DNA of 64,000 nucleotides from the human T2T-CHM13v2.0 reference genome, Homo sapiens. The notes beneath the pieces are model-generated. The model had not been told where the DNA came from. It saw only the letters and a program-made list of their open reading frames with translations, and did no database searches. A program made the translations under genes and the position numbers. Shown here in pieces: positions 31,844 through 45,125 of this stretch (position 1 is its first letter; each line of letters begins with the position of its first letter). The stretch is from NCBI RefSeq assembly GCF_009914755.1, contig NC_060926.1, one strand, 5' to 3'.

Positions 31844-32155
31844 CAGTAGTCCCTGCTCATCCACAAGGGATACATTCTAAGATCCACAGTGGATGCCTGA
31901 AATCAGAGTTAGTACAAACTCAATATATACTGTACAATGTTTCCTAAACATATGTACCTATGATAAATTTTAATTTAGAAATTAGGCACAATAAGATATT
32001 AACAATAACCAATAATAAAATAGAACAATTATAACAACATACTCTAATAAAAATTATGTGAATGTGGCACCTCTCTCTCTCAAAATATCTTATTGTACTG
32101 TAGTCACCTTTTTTTGAAACACAGAAAGTGAAACTGCAGACTGGTGGCACTACTG
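31844..32155 (-). mobile_element. MER44A-like (Tigger7 family) MITE
   Basis: Terminal inverted repeats cagtagtccc / gcactactg flanked by TA; internal cagtggatgcctgaaa...acctatgataaa...ttaggcac. Confidence 0.85.
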
Positions 32156-32404
32156 TATACTGATTTTAACTGCTCTTTCTACCCAAATTTCATTTTATTT
32201 CACAAATATTGGCATTTTTTAAATTGCAACTAATTATACAGTTTTTATTACTTTGTGCTCCCTGAATCTCCAGAAAGTAATAATGAAGTCTCCCCACTTG
32301 CACTTTTCCCTCTCCCTCAATACACCATGGGAAATAATACAAAATGGGAAGTCTAAGTTTGAGAGATAATATAATCAAATTTTCACATTCAAACTGAAAA
32401 CTAC

Positions 32405-32664
32405 CCTGCAACATGTATTAGGAAGATGTGACCCGAATGCTAATGTCTTCTCCATCATTCCTTCTATCAAAAGACTTCTTGCACCTGAAGCAAACAGGTG
32501 CTGAGATTGAGAGGGTGCAAGTGAGGGCTTAGTGCCAGCTGAATACCAACACAATAAAGCAAGTCTCATCATATAGGAAAAAGTATCGGTGGAGAAAAAA
32601 CTGCTGTTATTTTCAAATATGATAAGAGTCATATTTATTTGTAGGTCAGGAAAAATGTAACCAT
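32405..32664 (-). pseudogene. Fossil exon candidate, fully open (260 nt, DGYIFPDLQINMTLIIF…FSYMMRLALLCWYSAGTKP…NTCCR)
   Basis: tgtattttctgtgccacag|ATGGTT...TGCAGG|gtagtt; lies inside ORF 32375-32698 with no stop. Confidence 0.55.
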
Positions 32665-33469
32665 CTGTGGCACAGAAAATACAGAGGAACTTCCACATCA
32701 GTAGGCAGAAGGAGATAGATTGAATAGCAGCTTGTTTAAGCTTGCAAAAATAAGTGGGGAAAGTAAAGTTTAAAAAAAAGGGGGGGCAGTCAACATGGAT
32801 AATAACTAAAGTGAGTCAAAAGAACTCAAATCAAGTATAGAAGTGTTCAGATTAATTGAGATTAGTAAAGGAGAGTAAATGAGACCAAGGAAATTTTCAG
32901 ATTGAGTTAAGAAAAACAAACTGAGATATATGCATTTTTAGTAAAATCACACTAATGCAAAACGTCAAAATGATTGAAAATAAGTATTTAGACAAAGGTA
33001 TCCATGGCAAATAAATACAAAACAAGAATGATAAGTTAATATCACATGTGTTAGAGTAAGGATAAATGTACTTAAAAAGCAAGTATAACAAGTGAAATTA
33101 TGTAATGACTGAGATATAATTTATTAAAATTAATGAGTGATAAACCTTAAATTATGAGATTAGATACATGTTGAAATTTAATATATAATATATAAACCAT
33201 ATACAAAAACTACTAAAATGAAGAAAAATAGTTACATGGAAGATTACAATGTCTCCCCTAAATTGAAAATAAAATCTTCTGTCCATTGAACATGAACAAA
33301 AGTTTATCTTGTACTTTTCCGTCTTAATAAATAATACTGAGATAGAGACAAAGAAGATAGAATAATGATGGAGATATAAATGGTGATTGGTATGTAAATA
33401 TATATTATTTAAATTCTTATTGATGGTTAGCATATATATAGAAACATGAAATAATGTCAATACTGTTTA

Positions 33470-34770
33470 GTAAACACCACACATGTAAAACTCCCCACAT
33501 CAATATAGAACATTTCCAACATCCCAGAAAGGTCCCTTGTGTTGCTTCCCGTAAATACATACCCTCTATTTTAACTTGTATCACCATGAATTCTGCTTGT
33601 TGTTAAATTGAATTTCAACATATTTACAGAATAACACTCTATGGGCTTACGTGCGTCTGCATTCTGTCTCCCAATATATCATCTGTGAGGTTCATCCACA
33701 TTCTTGAGTACATCAGTAGATTGTTTTTTTATCGTTGTGACCTAATCAATTGTTTTTGTATGCCAAAATTTAGTTACCCATTCTTCTATTAATAATCTCT
33801 GGGTTGTTTCCAGTTTTGGGCAACTACAAATGAAGTTGAAATGAATATGTATGTGCAATTCTCCTAAGTATATTCATAAGAGCAGGGTTCTTGAATCACA
33901 GGAATAGAAAGATGTTAAATTTTAGTAGAGTCTGACAAAAAGATGTTCTTTCAGAATGGTTGTAAAAATTTACCTCCCATGTATGAGTGTTTTAATTGCT
34001 TAATATCTTCACCATCACTTGCAGTTGTCACTCTTAGCGAGAGTATACTGTTATTTCATTGTAATTTTCATTTGCATTTCCCTGAAAATAATTCCATTAA
34101 ACTTATGTTTTATAAGCTTATTGGCCACTTAGATATCATCTTTTGTGAAGTGGCTTTTTAATTATTTTGCTTATTTTTCATTAGTTTTTCCTTTCTTTAT
34201 AATTTGTAAAACGATATACATACACATATGTATGTATATATACCTAAATACACAAACTTTCAGTGTATATAAATTTTGTATATAAAGAAGGTTTTGTGAG
34301 AGATGACAAATGGCTCGTATGAACTTGAGGATAATATATTTTGTATATTAGGTCTACATCAAATTGATAAATACTATTGTATAATTTTCTATATTTTAGA
34401 TGAATATATGTTTGCTGCTCCATTAATTTATGATTATTATGTTAAAATCTTTAAATGTTAAGATAATTTGCATATTTCTCCTTTATTTTTATCTATTTTT
34501 GCTTTATATATTTTAAGATTGTTAGGCATTTCTGATTGACCAAATATTTTATCATTATAAAATGCCTCTTTCATCTTTAGTAATATTTATTGCATTAATT
34601 CTGCTCTGATGTTACTATAACCAAATTTATCTTTCTTATTATTTTAATAACAATTTTTCTATTTATTTTACTTTCATCCTATCCATAACATTATTTTTTC
34701 AGTGGATCTCCTTTTAAAAGCAAATAATTGAGGTTTGTTCTTTGGTGTTTTTCTCCCAATCTGGCAATGT
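33470..34770 (-). mobile_element. Ancient L1M fragments
   Basis: Degenerate antisense L1 motifs (gggttgtttccagttttggg; ccaatctggcaat); similar sequence resumes after 37065. Confidence 0.6.
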
Positions 34771-34771
34771 C

Positions 34772-34926
34772 TTTTTTTTTTTAATTTCATTTCTATATTT
34801 CATAAAACCTACTTGAATACACTTTGAAACAAGAGTACAACAAAATAGAATATACTTCAAATGTTGAATATACAAACTATTATAGTTCAAATCTGAACAC
34901 TGGTATTTCCCTCATAAACTTCAACT

Positions 34927-34957
<31 letters not shown>

Positions 34958-36879
34958 AAACAAACAAAGAAAACTCCAGGTATTAGAGCTACCTGACAAA
35001 AATTCATGCTGAGCCTGAACTTCCAAGTGACAGCAGAACTGAAAATGATATGTCTGCACAAATGCCACGGCTGAGTGACACAGGCATGTTATAGCAAAAG
35101 GCCAGAGCCAACTGTTAATTTGTCCACAATTAAGAAACTGACAGACTTAAACTACCATATAAAATGTTACATGTAAATTCTATAACAATACTGTTCTAGG
35201 TACAAGATTTTTAAAATTTTTATTTTAATAAAAAAGCTTTACACAAACAAGCCATTAGCTTATTTCAAGAAAGAAAACCGAAAATTAGTCTAAGGCCTTT
35301 GTTTTAAATCAGCTTAAGCTATATGATATATATATGTGTGTGTGTGTATATATATATGTATACACACACATATATATGTATACATATGTACACACACATA
35401 TATGTATATATATGTACACACATATATGTATATATATGTACACACATATATGTATATATATGTATTCACACGCATATATGTATATATGTATTCACACACG
35501 TATATATGTATATATGTATACACACGTATATATGTATATATGTATACACACGTATATGTATATATATGTATACACACATATATACACACATATATATATT
35601 TTATATGCATATATATGTGTATATATGCATATATATATATTTTTTAATTGCACTAGATCATTTTTTGCTATCCTCTTTCTGAAGTTTTTGGGATCCATTC
35701 TTCAATTCACATTCTAAAATACCTATATTAGCAGAGTTTTCACATAGCACCAGTTAAGTGAGAACTGTGCAAACACAGTAATAATTGCTGGTATGCATAT
35801 AAAATGCATCAAAAATTGCTATATGTAACAATGAGATTACCCATCCCAACCCCTCCCACTGAAAACTATATAACCTCTTACAGAATGTTAGTGTTCCAAG
35901 CCTTAGTGTAACTTGATATCGTAGTGAGCTACTTGGTCCCTTTCAATCCTTTTTCTTATTGATGGGTTCAGTTGTTTCCTACTGTAAGAGGCAGTTTTCT
36001 GTCAGCATCTCAATATGTAGTTCATTTCCCACTGAAACATGGGATAGGTAATTTATTTCCAGTAAGTTTGATTGTTTTCGTATATGCATTAAAAATGTTT
36101 TAAAGTCTTCTTTGACTTTTCTTGATGACTTCCCTTGCAAAAGTTTATGTCAGTACTGCCACTAACAGCCTGAAGTCCATGGTGGAGCTGCTATTTTATT
36201 TCTCACATGTCACTAGTCCTTCTGTTTTCATAGTTACAGGAAGGGTAATAGCTGAAGGCGCACTGACAACCACTACGTGGGTCACTGTCTTATTTCCATC
36301 TGCCGGTTTTTCTTCTACTAGCTGCAAAGTTTTCACATCATGTTCTTGCTTTTTTGCCACTGCTTCCGATTTAACCTCTGGCACCTTTATGACTGCACTG
36401 ATAACTCGAGGAGGAGTCTGGCCAGATGCCTGCTGAGTAGGCATTGATAGTCTCATCACAGATGTACCATGGGCTATTGAAACAGGGGTAAGTGCTCTCA
36501 CAGCCAGTGGGGTCCCAACAATGTTAATGCTTCCTGATCCAGTCAGATTTGACTTTGTCTGCAGTTGGCACTGTGCAAGCTGTGTAGCTGGGATGGTAAC
36601 AATTTTGGCAGGCTGCATGGTCATTTTGTCTCCATTTTCGGTAGAAGCTGGCATCACAGTAGGGATTGTCTGAATGACTACCTTTGGAGAGGTCGCTGTT
36701 GTTGGACTAGTGCTGGTTATTAATGGTGCACCTGCATTAACTGACTGAACTGCCACAGTTGAAATTTTCTAACCCAATGATGTCATTACAACAGATACCT
36801 GTATTGCCACACAAACTGTCCTTGGAGCTGCTGTTGCTGACACAGATGCAGTGGTAGTAGGAGACCTGGATGAAGCATC
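34772..36879 (-). pseudogene. ELF2: 5'-truncated processed pseudogene of ELF2 (E74-like ETS factor 2): C-terminal CDS remnant 36196-36879, about 1.4 kb of 3'UTR and poly(A)
   Basis: Translation DASSRSPTTTASVSATAAPRTV…VVMTSLG*KISTVAVQSVNAGAPLITSTSPTT…MKTEGLVTCEK* matches the ELF2 C-terminus. In-frame TAG at 36769-36771; no ETS domain; no intron visible; poly(T) at 34772-34782. It is one of the ELF2P loci (possibly ELF2P4, which cannot be verified here). Confidence 0.93.
35320..35640. repeat. Compound (TA/TG/CA) micro/minisatellite inside the ELF2 retrocopy 3'UTR
   Basis: Repeating units of about 22-24 bp such as tatatatgtacacacatatatg. Confidence 0.95.
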
Positions 36880-36881
36880 CA

Positions 36882-37152
<271 letters not shown>

Positions 37153-37908
37153 TCATCTATTTGAGATTCTTTTAATTTATCCTGAAGAACTACATTAATT
37201 GATATTTACCTACCTGCTGCTAATAAAGTCTCTCAACATACTGTTTTTTTTTTCTGAAAAAGAACCTTTATTTTGCCATATTTATAAGATATATCTGAGG
37301 GATATTTTTCAATAAGTATAGAATTTAAGGTTGGTGGTTTCTTTACTTTTTCCTATTTTTAAATAACATACATCAGCACTTTAAATATGTCATTTTATTG
37401 TATTCTGGTTATATACTTTCTGTTGAAAACTCATCTATCTGCCTTATTATTACTTTTCAGGAGGCAATGTGTTTTCTATTTGTGGCTGACTTCCAGAGTT
37501 TCTCTTTGCCTTTGGTTTTCACAGTTTTACCATGTTTTACATAGCTGTGGTTTTCTTTGTTTAATCTTATTTGGATATATTTATACAATGAAGTGTTATT
37601 CAGTAATTAAAAGAAAGGAATTATTAGTATTTACATGTAAAATGGGTTAATTTGAAAAATTTATATTTTGAATGAAAATTTTATACCAAATATACACATT
37701 CTTTTAGTTATGTAAAGCTCTAGAACAGATATAACTAGACTTTTGTAGGAAAACTTCACTCTGATGGGTGGGTCAGTAATTAGAAGAAAAGGAACATCCA
37801 GGGACTTTATAAAGTAATGATAATGTTTTATTTTTTGGTATGGATTTGGATTACAATACAAGCATTTGTGAAAACTCATTAAACAGTAAATTTAAAATTG
37901 GTGCATTT

Positions 37909-38448
37909 AATCCCACAGATTGGTATCTACTCAAAGGAAAAGAAATTATTATATAAAAAAGACACCTGCCCTCATATGTTTACCACACCATTATTCACAG
38001 TAGCAAAGCCATGGAATCAACCTAACTGTCCATCGACGATTGATTGGTTAATAAAAACAGGGTTCATATACACCATGAGATACTATGCTGCCATTAAAAA
38101 GAATGAAACCATATTATTTGCAGCAACATGGATGGAGCTGGAGGTCATTAAGTACAATAACTCAGAAACAGAAAATCGAATACCACATATTCTTACTTAT
38201 AAGTGAGAGCAAAACAATGAGTACACATAGACATAAACATGGAAACAATAGACACTGGGGACTCCGAAAAGGAGAGAGGTTAGGGTGGGGATGAGGTTTT
38301 AGAAATCATCAATTGGTTACAATAATCACTATTTGTGTGATGGGTACACTAGATGTCCAAACCCCACCACTATGTAATATATCCATATTACAAACTTGCT
38401 CATGTATCCCCTGAATCTAAAATAAAATAAAAATTAAATATATGAAAA
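37909..38448 (+). mobile_element. L1PB-type 3' fragment nested in an older L1M 3' end
   Basis: ORF2 C-terminus (YKKDTCPHMFTTPLFTVAKPWNQP) plus 3'UTR; TSD ggtgcattt at 37900-37908 and 38449-38457. Confidence 0.88.
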
Positions 38449-39012
38449 GGTGCATTTTACTTTATGTAAAATTTATCTTACAAATGTATAAACAATATTG
38501 AACTCCCAGTTATATTGATTTATGATGACATATTTAGAAGTAAAGTGTATTGGTAGCTAAAACTTTGAAATGAATAAAAAAAAGGAATTGATGTTTGGTT
38601 AGGTTTATAGAGAAATGGATATTGTGTAATATTTCATAGTTGGTACTCTTCAAAGTTAACAATATTAGCAATTGATGCTAAAATAATTATTCTTTTATAT
38701 CATATTCAAATTTCTTATAAAAGAATTACATTATCACCAATATCAGTAGATTCATTAAAGTTGCAATAACAAACACTTTATAGTTTGTTTATTTTGTGAG
38801 ATGATCTTCCAGCGTTATGACCCAGTACATCCTGAATAGTTCAAGCTATGATTTCGCTAGAAAGTGATACTTGAATTGTCTTATTTGCCACTGTTTTACC
38901 AAATATTTCTAAGTGAACATCTTTGATGCAATCTTTCAGATGCAATCTTTCACTATTATCTTAAAATTGCATATCGTTCTTTAGTCTTAGGAACCCAAAA
39001 TACTGTTTATGA

Positions 39013-39339
<327 letters not shown>

Positions 39340-39949
39340 TGAAAGAAAACAAAAATAATAAGCTTAGAAAAATAGAATGCCTATAGATTTTTTTGATATT
39401 TTCTATAATTTCATGACAATTACCAATGAAACAAGTAACAATTTATTTGTGGGTATTTTATTTAAAATATTTTATAAATTTGATTGCATTAAAGTATGTC
39501 CTTCAGCAAGAGATAAACACATAAGACTCCATTGTTTCATCCATTTGTTTTTTCAAAAGTTAATTTAAATTTAAATATTCATTCACAGATAAACTGTTAT
39601 AACTGGTTACTGACAAAAAATTGAACATAAATTTTTAAAATACAGCTTAATTTTCTTAATTTTGAAGAAAAGACAAAAGTGAACATTATTTGCCTGCCAG
39701 AACTGCTTTAAATACCTTTTGTCATTCCCATAAGCGTACTTCCACAAGACCAGTTGCTCTACTGTGAGTTGTGATTGGTTAAAGAGAAAAAAAAAACTGG
39801 ATTTAACAGTGATTCTCCATATTAATCATCAATATGTGTCACTTTCAATGGACATAAACATATCAATTGAAAATTTTTAATTTAACAAGTGAGATCGCTT
39901 ATTCCTTCTTAACCTACCTGTATCTTTATGACTAAGATCTTTATGACTA

Positions 39950-40630
39950 ATATGACTCTAAGTGTTTGACTTGAGCAAATGCAAGGATGGAATAACCATT
40001 AACTAAGATAGGACTGTGACAGAAAAAACGTATTTTGTTTGTTTGTTTTGTGATTGGAGATGAGAAGCTCAGTTTTGGTTGCACCAAATTGTGATTTCTA
40101 GTATATATAGAAAGGAAGATTTGATTCATCAATTAGTTGGAATTTACAGAAGTATAAGCTGAAGAAGTAAATTATTATCAGTTTATAAAGGTAATTTCAA
40201 GTCATGCTAACAGAAGAGTTCTTTAAGTGAATATGTATAGCCAGAAATTGAAAGAAAGGCAGTAACTAAGGCCTCAAGAGAACTGGGAAGTAGGGGAAAC
40301 CAGCGAATGAAAGTGAGGGAGGGACATTTTGCAAGAATTAGGGAAACCAGGGGAGTACAGTATCTTGGAAACCAGGTGAAGCAGGTGCTTTAAGGAGGAG
40401 GGAGAGGTTTACTATGGCAAATGTTCAAAATGATTTAAATAAAATGAAATCTGACTATTAAGCATTAGATGTAGCAAAAGTGATGTCATTGGTTATTTTG
40501 ACAAGAGTAGTTTAAATGGAGTAGAGAAAAGAGCCAAAAGCTTTGGCTGAGTTTTGTGGAGAATGAGATGAGAAACATGGGAGCTGCCTGGCTAGTCTTT
40601 TAAGAATTTTAACTGTAAATAGGAGAATAG
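39950..40630 (-). mobile_element. L2 fragment
   Basis: Degenerate L2 antisense motifs (tttgacttgagcaaatg...agctcagttttgg...ttggaaaccaggtgaag). Confidence 0.6.
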
Positions 40631-41241
40631 TACTGAGTTTATTGATAAGAAGTGAACTGAGTCCAAGATAAAGAACAACATACTTATACATACTGTACGG
40701 AATTGTTATTTTGCTTGTAAGGCATTCCACATTCTAAAAAACAAACATTAAAATATTTCTTAATAAGTAATTAAATTTTCAACACATACATTTTCTACCC
40801 TGATATTTATTTTTCCTAGTTGATACTCACAAAATAATCACAGAATAAAATTAGAATAATTTGAAGTGTCTACACTGAGACCACTAGTTCTGCCCTCATT
40901 TAATGAGATGACAATTTTTAAGAGAGACTATAAGCATAGCGTATATCTAAGTAGTTAGAAAAAAACTGCTGATTCCATTAGAAACAAGGATTTCTGCCTC
41001 CTAATGAAAATTTATTGTATATAATAACTATATCTATTATGTATCTACAGATTTTCATCCTATAGCAAAATATGGTTTCTCAAAACAGATTTCTGTTAAA
41101 AACATATGTATGTATAGTATATGAATATAAATATAAAAATAAGTTGTAAAATACACAACCAAATAATCATATAATATATATCATCTTATGCAAATCCATA
41201 AATTCTGACTCTCACCATTCTGTTAATAAATAAAAACTACA

Positions 41242-41478
41242 TTGTTCAATTCCCACCTATGAGTGAGAACACTTGGACACAGGAAGGGGAACATCGCACA
41301 CCGGGGCCTGTTGTGGGGTGGGGGGAGTGGGGAGGGATAGCATTAGGAGATATACCTAATGTAAATGACGAGTTAATGGGTGCAGCACACCAACATGGCA
41401 CATGTACACATATGTAACAAACCTGCACGTTGTGCACATGTACCCTAGAACTTAAAGTATAATAAAAAAATAAAAATA
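41242..41478 (+). mobile_element. Young L1PA (L1PA3/4-like) 3' end, 5'-truncated with a micro-inversion
   Basis: Near-consensus 3'UTR with G-rich tract and A tail; 17-bp TSD aataaataaaaactaca at 41225-41241 and 41479-41495. Confidence 0.95.
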
Positions 41479-41519
41479 AATAAATAAAAACTACAATATT
41501 ATTTTTCTAAATCAAATAC

Positions 41520-41804
41520 ATTTTCCTCAAGGAAGGACTATATTGGTTAAGTGTTTATCATGCTCCTAACACAAAAGTCACTACATCGGATATTGAAAGG
41601 TTCTATCTCTATGAAGTAAAATGGTAGCACCTACAAACTTATCTTTGGATTTTCTTTTCTTCTGCTTCTCTTTATGATTTTTAAGTGTCTTAGACTCTTG
41701 AGTTCTTACTTGGTTAGCGGCCTGAACTGATAAACCAAAATCATTTAAGGAGCTATTTTTTCAAAAAGATATTTTCAGATGGAAAATTTTAAGTAATTAT
41801 TGTA
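41520..41804 (-). pseudogene. Fossil exon candidate (…NSSLNDFGLSVQAANQVRTQESKTLKNHKEKQKKRKSKDKFVGATILLHRD…)
   Basis: Acceptor ttctcttttag; more than 50 open codons; donor uncertain. Confidence 0.35.
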
Positions 41805-42499
41805 CTAAAAGAGAATTTTTACATTTCAATAATTGTTTTATAGTGTAAAACTTTTGTTGAGGGCCTCAAAAAACATTTATTAATAATATTTTTGAGGCTT
41901 ATGAAATGGTTATATGATTACCCCTTATTACACTGACTAGAGATGAAACTCTATGTAGCTATACTTGACATTGCACTAATCTAAGACATTAAAGAGAGAG
42001 AGAATACCTACATGGAAAACATTTGTTTCAGAATTATAGTTTCAGATCTGATTTAAAATTGCAATAAATTTTGTATCTCACTTGGATTATGGGGAAAGAT
42101 ACAATCTCCTGGCTGGAATCACTTTTTCCATTCTTGAGATCTGCAATCTATTCTCCACATATCTTAAAAGTACAAATCACACTATTTAAATTGCTTTTCA
42201 CCTACAAAATTCCATCTCCATAGAGTGACCTACAATAGCCTTACATTATTTGCTTCTGCCGATTCTCATTTCACACTTCTAACCACTCATCCAATTGCTT
42301 GATGTGCTCTAATCGTACCAGCCTCCCTTTTACTTGTCTATGAACTAAGCTAGTTCCAGCCTCAGGGTCTTTTATTTTCTGTTCCCCCTACCTAAAACCT
42401 TTTCCTCAGATTTTTCGTTTTGTTATTCAGATTTTAGTACAAGTCAGCACTCCAGAGAGTTATTCATGATCAAAAATTGTTCCTTTTGAGTGAGATGAT

Positions 42500-43345
42500 T
42501 TAAAGGCAAAAACAGATGCAAGTGAGAATATGCAAAAAGGGGAGCCCTCACACACTGTTGGTGGGAACGTACATTAGTACAGTCCCTGTGCAGAACAGCA
42601 TGGAGGTTCCTCAAAGAAATAAAAATAGAACTACCATATGATTCAGCAATCCCACTGCTAGGTATGTGCCCGAAAGAAAAGAAATTGGTACATCGAGAAG
42701 ACATCTGCACTCCCACCCACATTTATTACAGCACTATTCACAATAGCTAAAATATAAAATCAAACTATGTGTCCATCAATGAATAAATAGGTAAAGAAAA
42801 TATGGTACACAACGTTATTCAGCCACTTAAAAAAACAATGGATGTTTTTCAGCCATTAAAAAAAAAGAATAAAACCTTGTCATTTGCTTCAACATAAACA
42901 GAACTGGAGGTCATTACGCTAAGTGAAATAAGCCAAGCACAGAAAGACAAATATTGCATGTTCTCACATTCTATATGAGGACTAAAGAAGTGGATTTCAT
43001 GAAGATCAGTTGGTGGTTAGATTGAAGATAGATTGGTGGTTACCAGAGGCTGGGAAGAAAAAGGGGCATTTGTTCCTTAACAGGTACAAACACATGGTTT
43101 GATAGAAGAAATAAGATGAAGTGTTATATCATTAGAATGACTACATTTACTACATTGTACATTTCAAAATAGCTAGGAAAGAATAATTAGAATGCTTCTA
43201 ACAGAAAGAAAGGACAAATATTTGAGGTGATTTATATCCCAAGTACAATAATTTGATCTTTACAAATTATCTGATTACATGAAATTATCACATGTACCTG
43301 AAAACTACATACATCTATTATACATAAATTAAAAAACAAATTATA
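42500..43345 (+). mobile_element. L1MA-type 3' end fragment
   Basis: gaactaccatatgattcagcaatcccactgctagg...gacaaatattgcatgttctcac...A-rich tail. Confidence 0.88.
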
Positions 43346-44057
43346 AAAGAAACTCATTTATTGATGCGCCCCCCCAAAATGCCTGTATATCACAGTGCCC
43401 TGGTTTATTTTTTTTCCTGTCTTCTAATACAGGACTTTACACATAATAGACACTGAATATATATTTCATCAGTGAGCAAATATGATTCACTGGTAAATGT
43501 AATTGTTAATTTATGGATTTCCTAATTAGCATAAAATTGTGGAATGGAAAGCAGAATTCTGTAGAAGAAAAGATCTCCTATTAAAAACCAGAGTTCAAAT
43601 ATCATCCCCACCAATTACTCATTGCAGAAACAAAACATAAAACAAGCTGGATTTTCCCTACAAAATATTTTTTAAAAAACTAAAAATGCTATTTAGAAAA
43701 TGAAATAAAATTGCATTTTATATGTGCAGCACTACTTAGAGGTTAATAAATAATAATTTATTTTCTTTTCCGTATATGCATGCTTAAAAATAACTTCTTG
43801 AGATATCTGTATCTCAAGAGATATCTCATGCAAGGGAAGTTGTTCTGTAGCAAGTACATTCAGGATAAATAAATATATACTTAACTGGATTAAAGAATGA
43901 TATGAAATTGAAAGATTTTTTCTAAAAATATTGTCACTAGGCAGTTATGAATATTCATCTTACAATACAAATAGAAACAATTTAGAAGCCTCCAAAACAC
44001 CTCAGACACTTCTTTTTTTCTACATAGATATCATAAAATGTATTTGTTACTACTTAC

Positions 44058-44461
44058 AGGTTAAGAACAATTCAATGTACAACATGTTTTATAAGAGATA
44101 TGGAAATGAATAACTTTTCTTATTATATAAATGTGAGCCATACAACTTGCTACTTTTTTTGAACACACCCAATTGTTTCCAAAGATACATATATCCCAAT
44201 AGTTCTAAGTTTTTAAGTTACAGAAAGAAATCTGTTCTCATACAGCAGACTTTGCATCTTCTTTCTCAGAGGGCATATCTTTTGTGTTCTGTATTGAAAA
44301 ATTAATGTCATTAGAGAATAGAGAATTAATAGCTCTCATTAAAAACATCTGGAGAATTTCAGTACCACCATAACTGCTGCCAACTTCTTCTGCCCAAGTA
44401 GAAATCAAGGTTGTATTCTTAATTCTTGCTTTGAAATTGCCTTCAATGAGTTTATGAATTT
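44058..44461 (-). pseudogene. Fossil exon candidate (404 nt, EIHKLIEGNFKARIKNTTLISTWAEEVGSSYGGTEILQMFLMRAINSLF…)
   Basis: 74 open codons from the exon start (ORF 44238-44465); donor gtaagt at 44052-44057; acceptor appears mutated (tttcctttgg). Confidence 0.45.
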
Positions 44462-45006
44462 CCAAAGGAAAACTATCATATCACAATAAGATTCCAACTT
44501 AGTTAATATTCAGGAGTACAATAAAACACTAGATTACTAATTTGGTTTAATGAGTAATAAAATTATCTTGACATAATATCAATTAGTATACAGAAGCCAT
44601 TACTGTTTTTATTTTCTGTAATTAGAATAAGAGAATGTAAAATTCTTATTATTTCCAACATTCCTAAGGATATCAAGAGAAAGTGACTGATTTTTCCCTA
44701 ACCATGGCTCATGCAGAACCATATAGCCTTAAAATGGTTACATCTGTACAAAGTTATGTAGTGGTGCTCTAATTCAGTAAGACAAAAGAAATAACATTTA
44801 AATAATAAGTTGTTTACATTGATTTTAAATTCTCAAATTGTTACTTTATTTAAAAAACCAAAGCATACGAAAGGGCATTTAAACAGAATATGTTTTTTTA
44901 TACCAACTATTTTGTTAACTTTATTTTGTATTCTGCCTTGATTCTGCAGGTGCAGAAACATAGAGCTCAATAAATGTACTTTACTTATTTAATATATTTA
45001 TTTTCA

Positions 45007-45125
45007 TTTTTTTAAGAGACAAGGTCTCGCTATGTTGCCCATGTTGGTCTTGAACTCCTGGGCTCAAGTGATCCCCTCAGTCTCCCGAGTAGCTGGGATT
45101 ATAGGAATGCACCACTGTGCCCTGC
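45007..45125 (-). mobile_element. FLAM_C / free left Alu monomer
   Basis: gagacaaggtctcgctatgttgcc...ctcctgggctcaagtgatcc...ctgggattatagg. Confidence 0.85.

Noticed and set aside
35314-35717. Five overlapping ORFs of 68-127 aa rich in Y/I/C/V/H/T
   Set aside because: Translation of the dinucleotide-derived repeat, which lacks stop codons by composition.
36196-36756. 186-aa ORF as a functional ELF2 gene or exon
   Set aside because: Upstream in-frame TAG, GTG start, 5' truncation against an Alu, genomic poly(A) and no ETS exons: a processed pseudogene.
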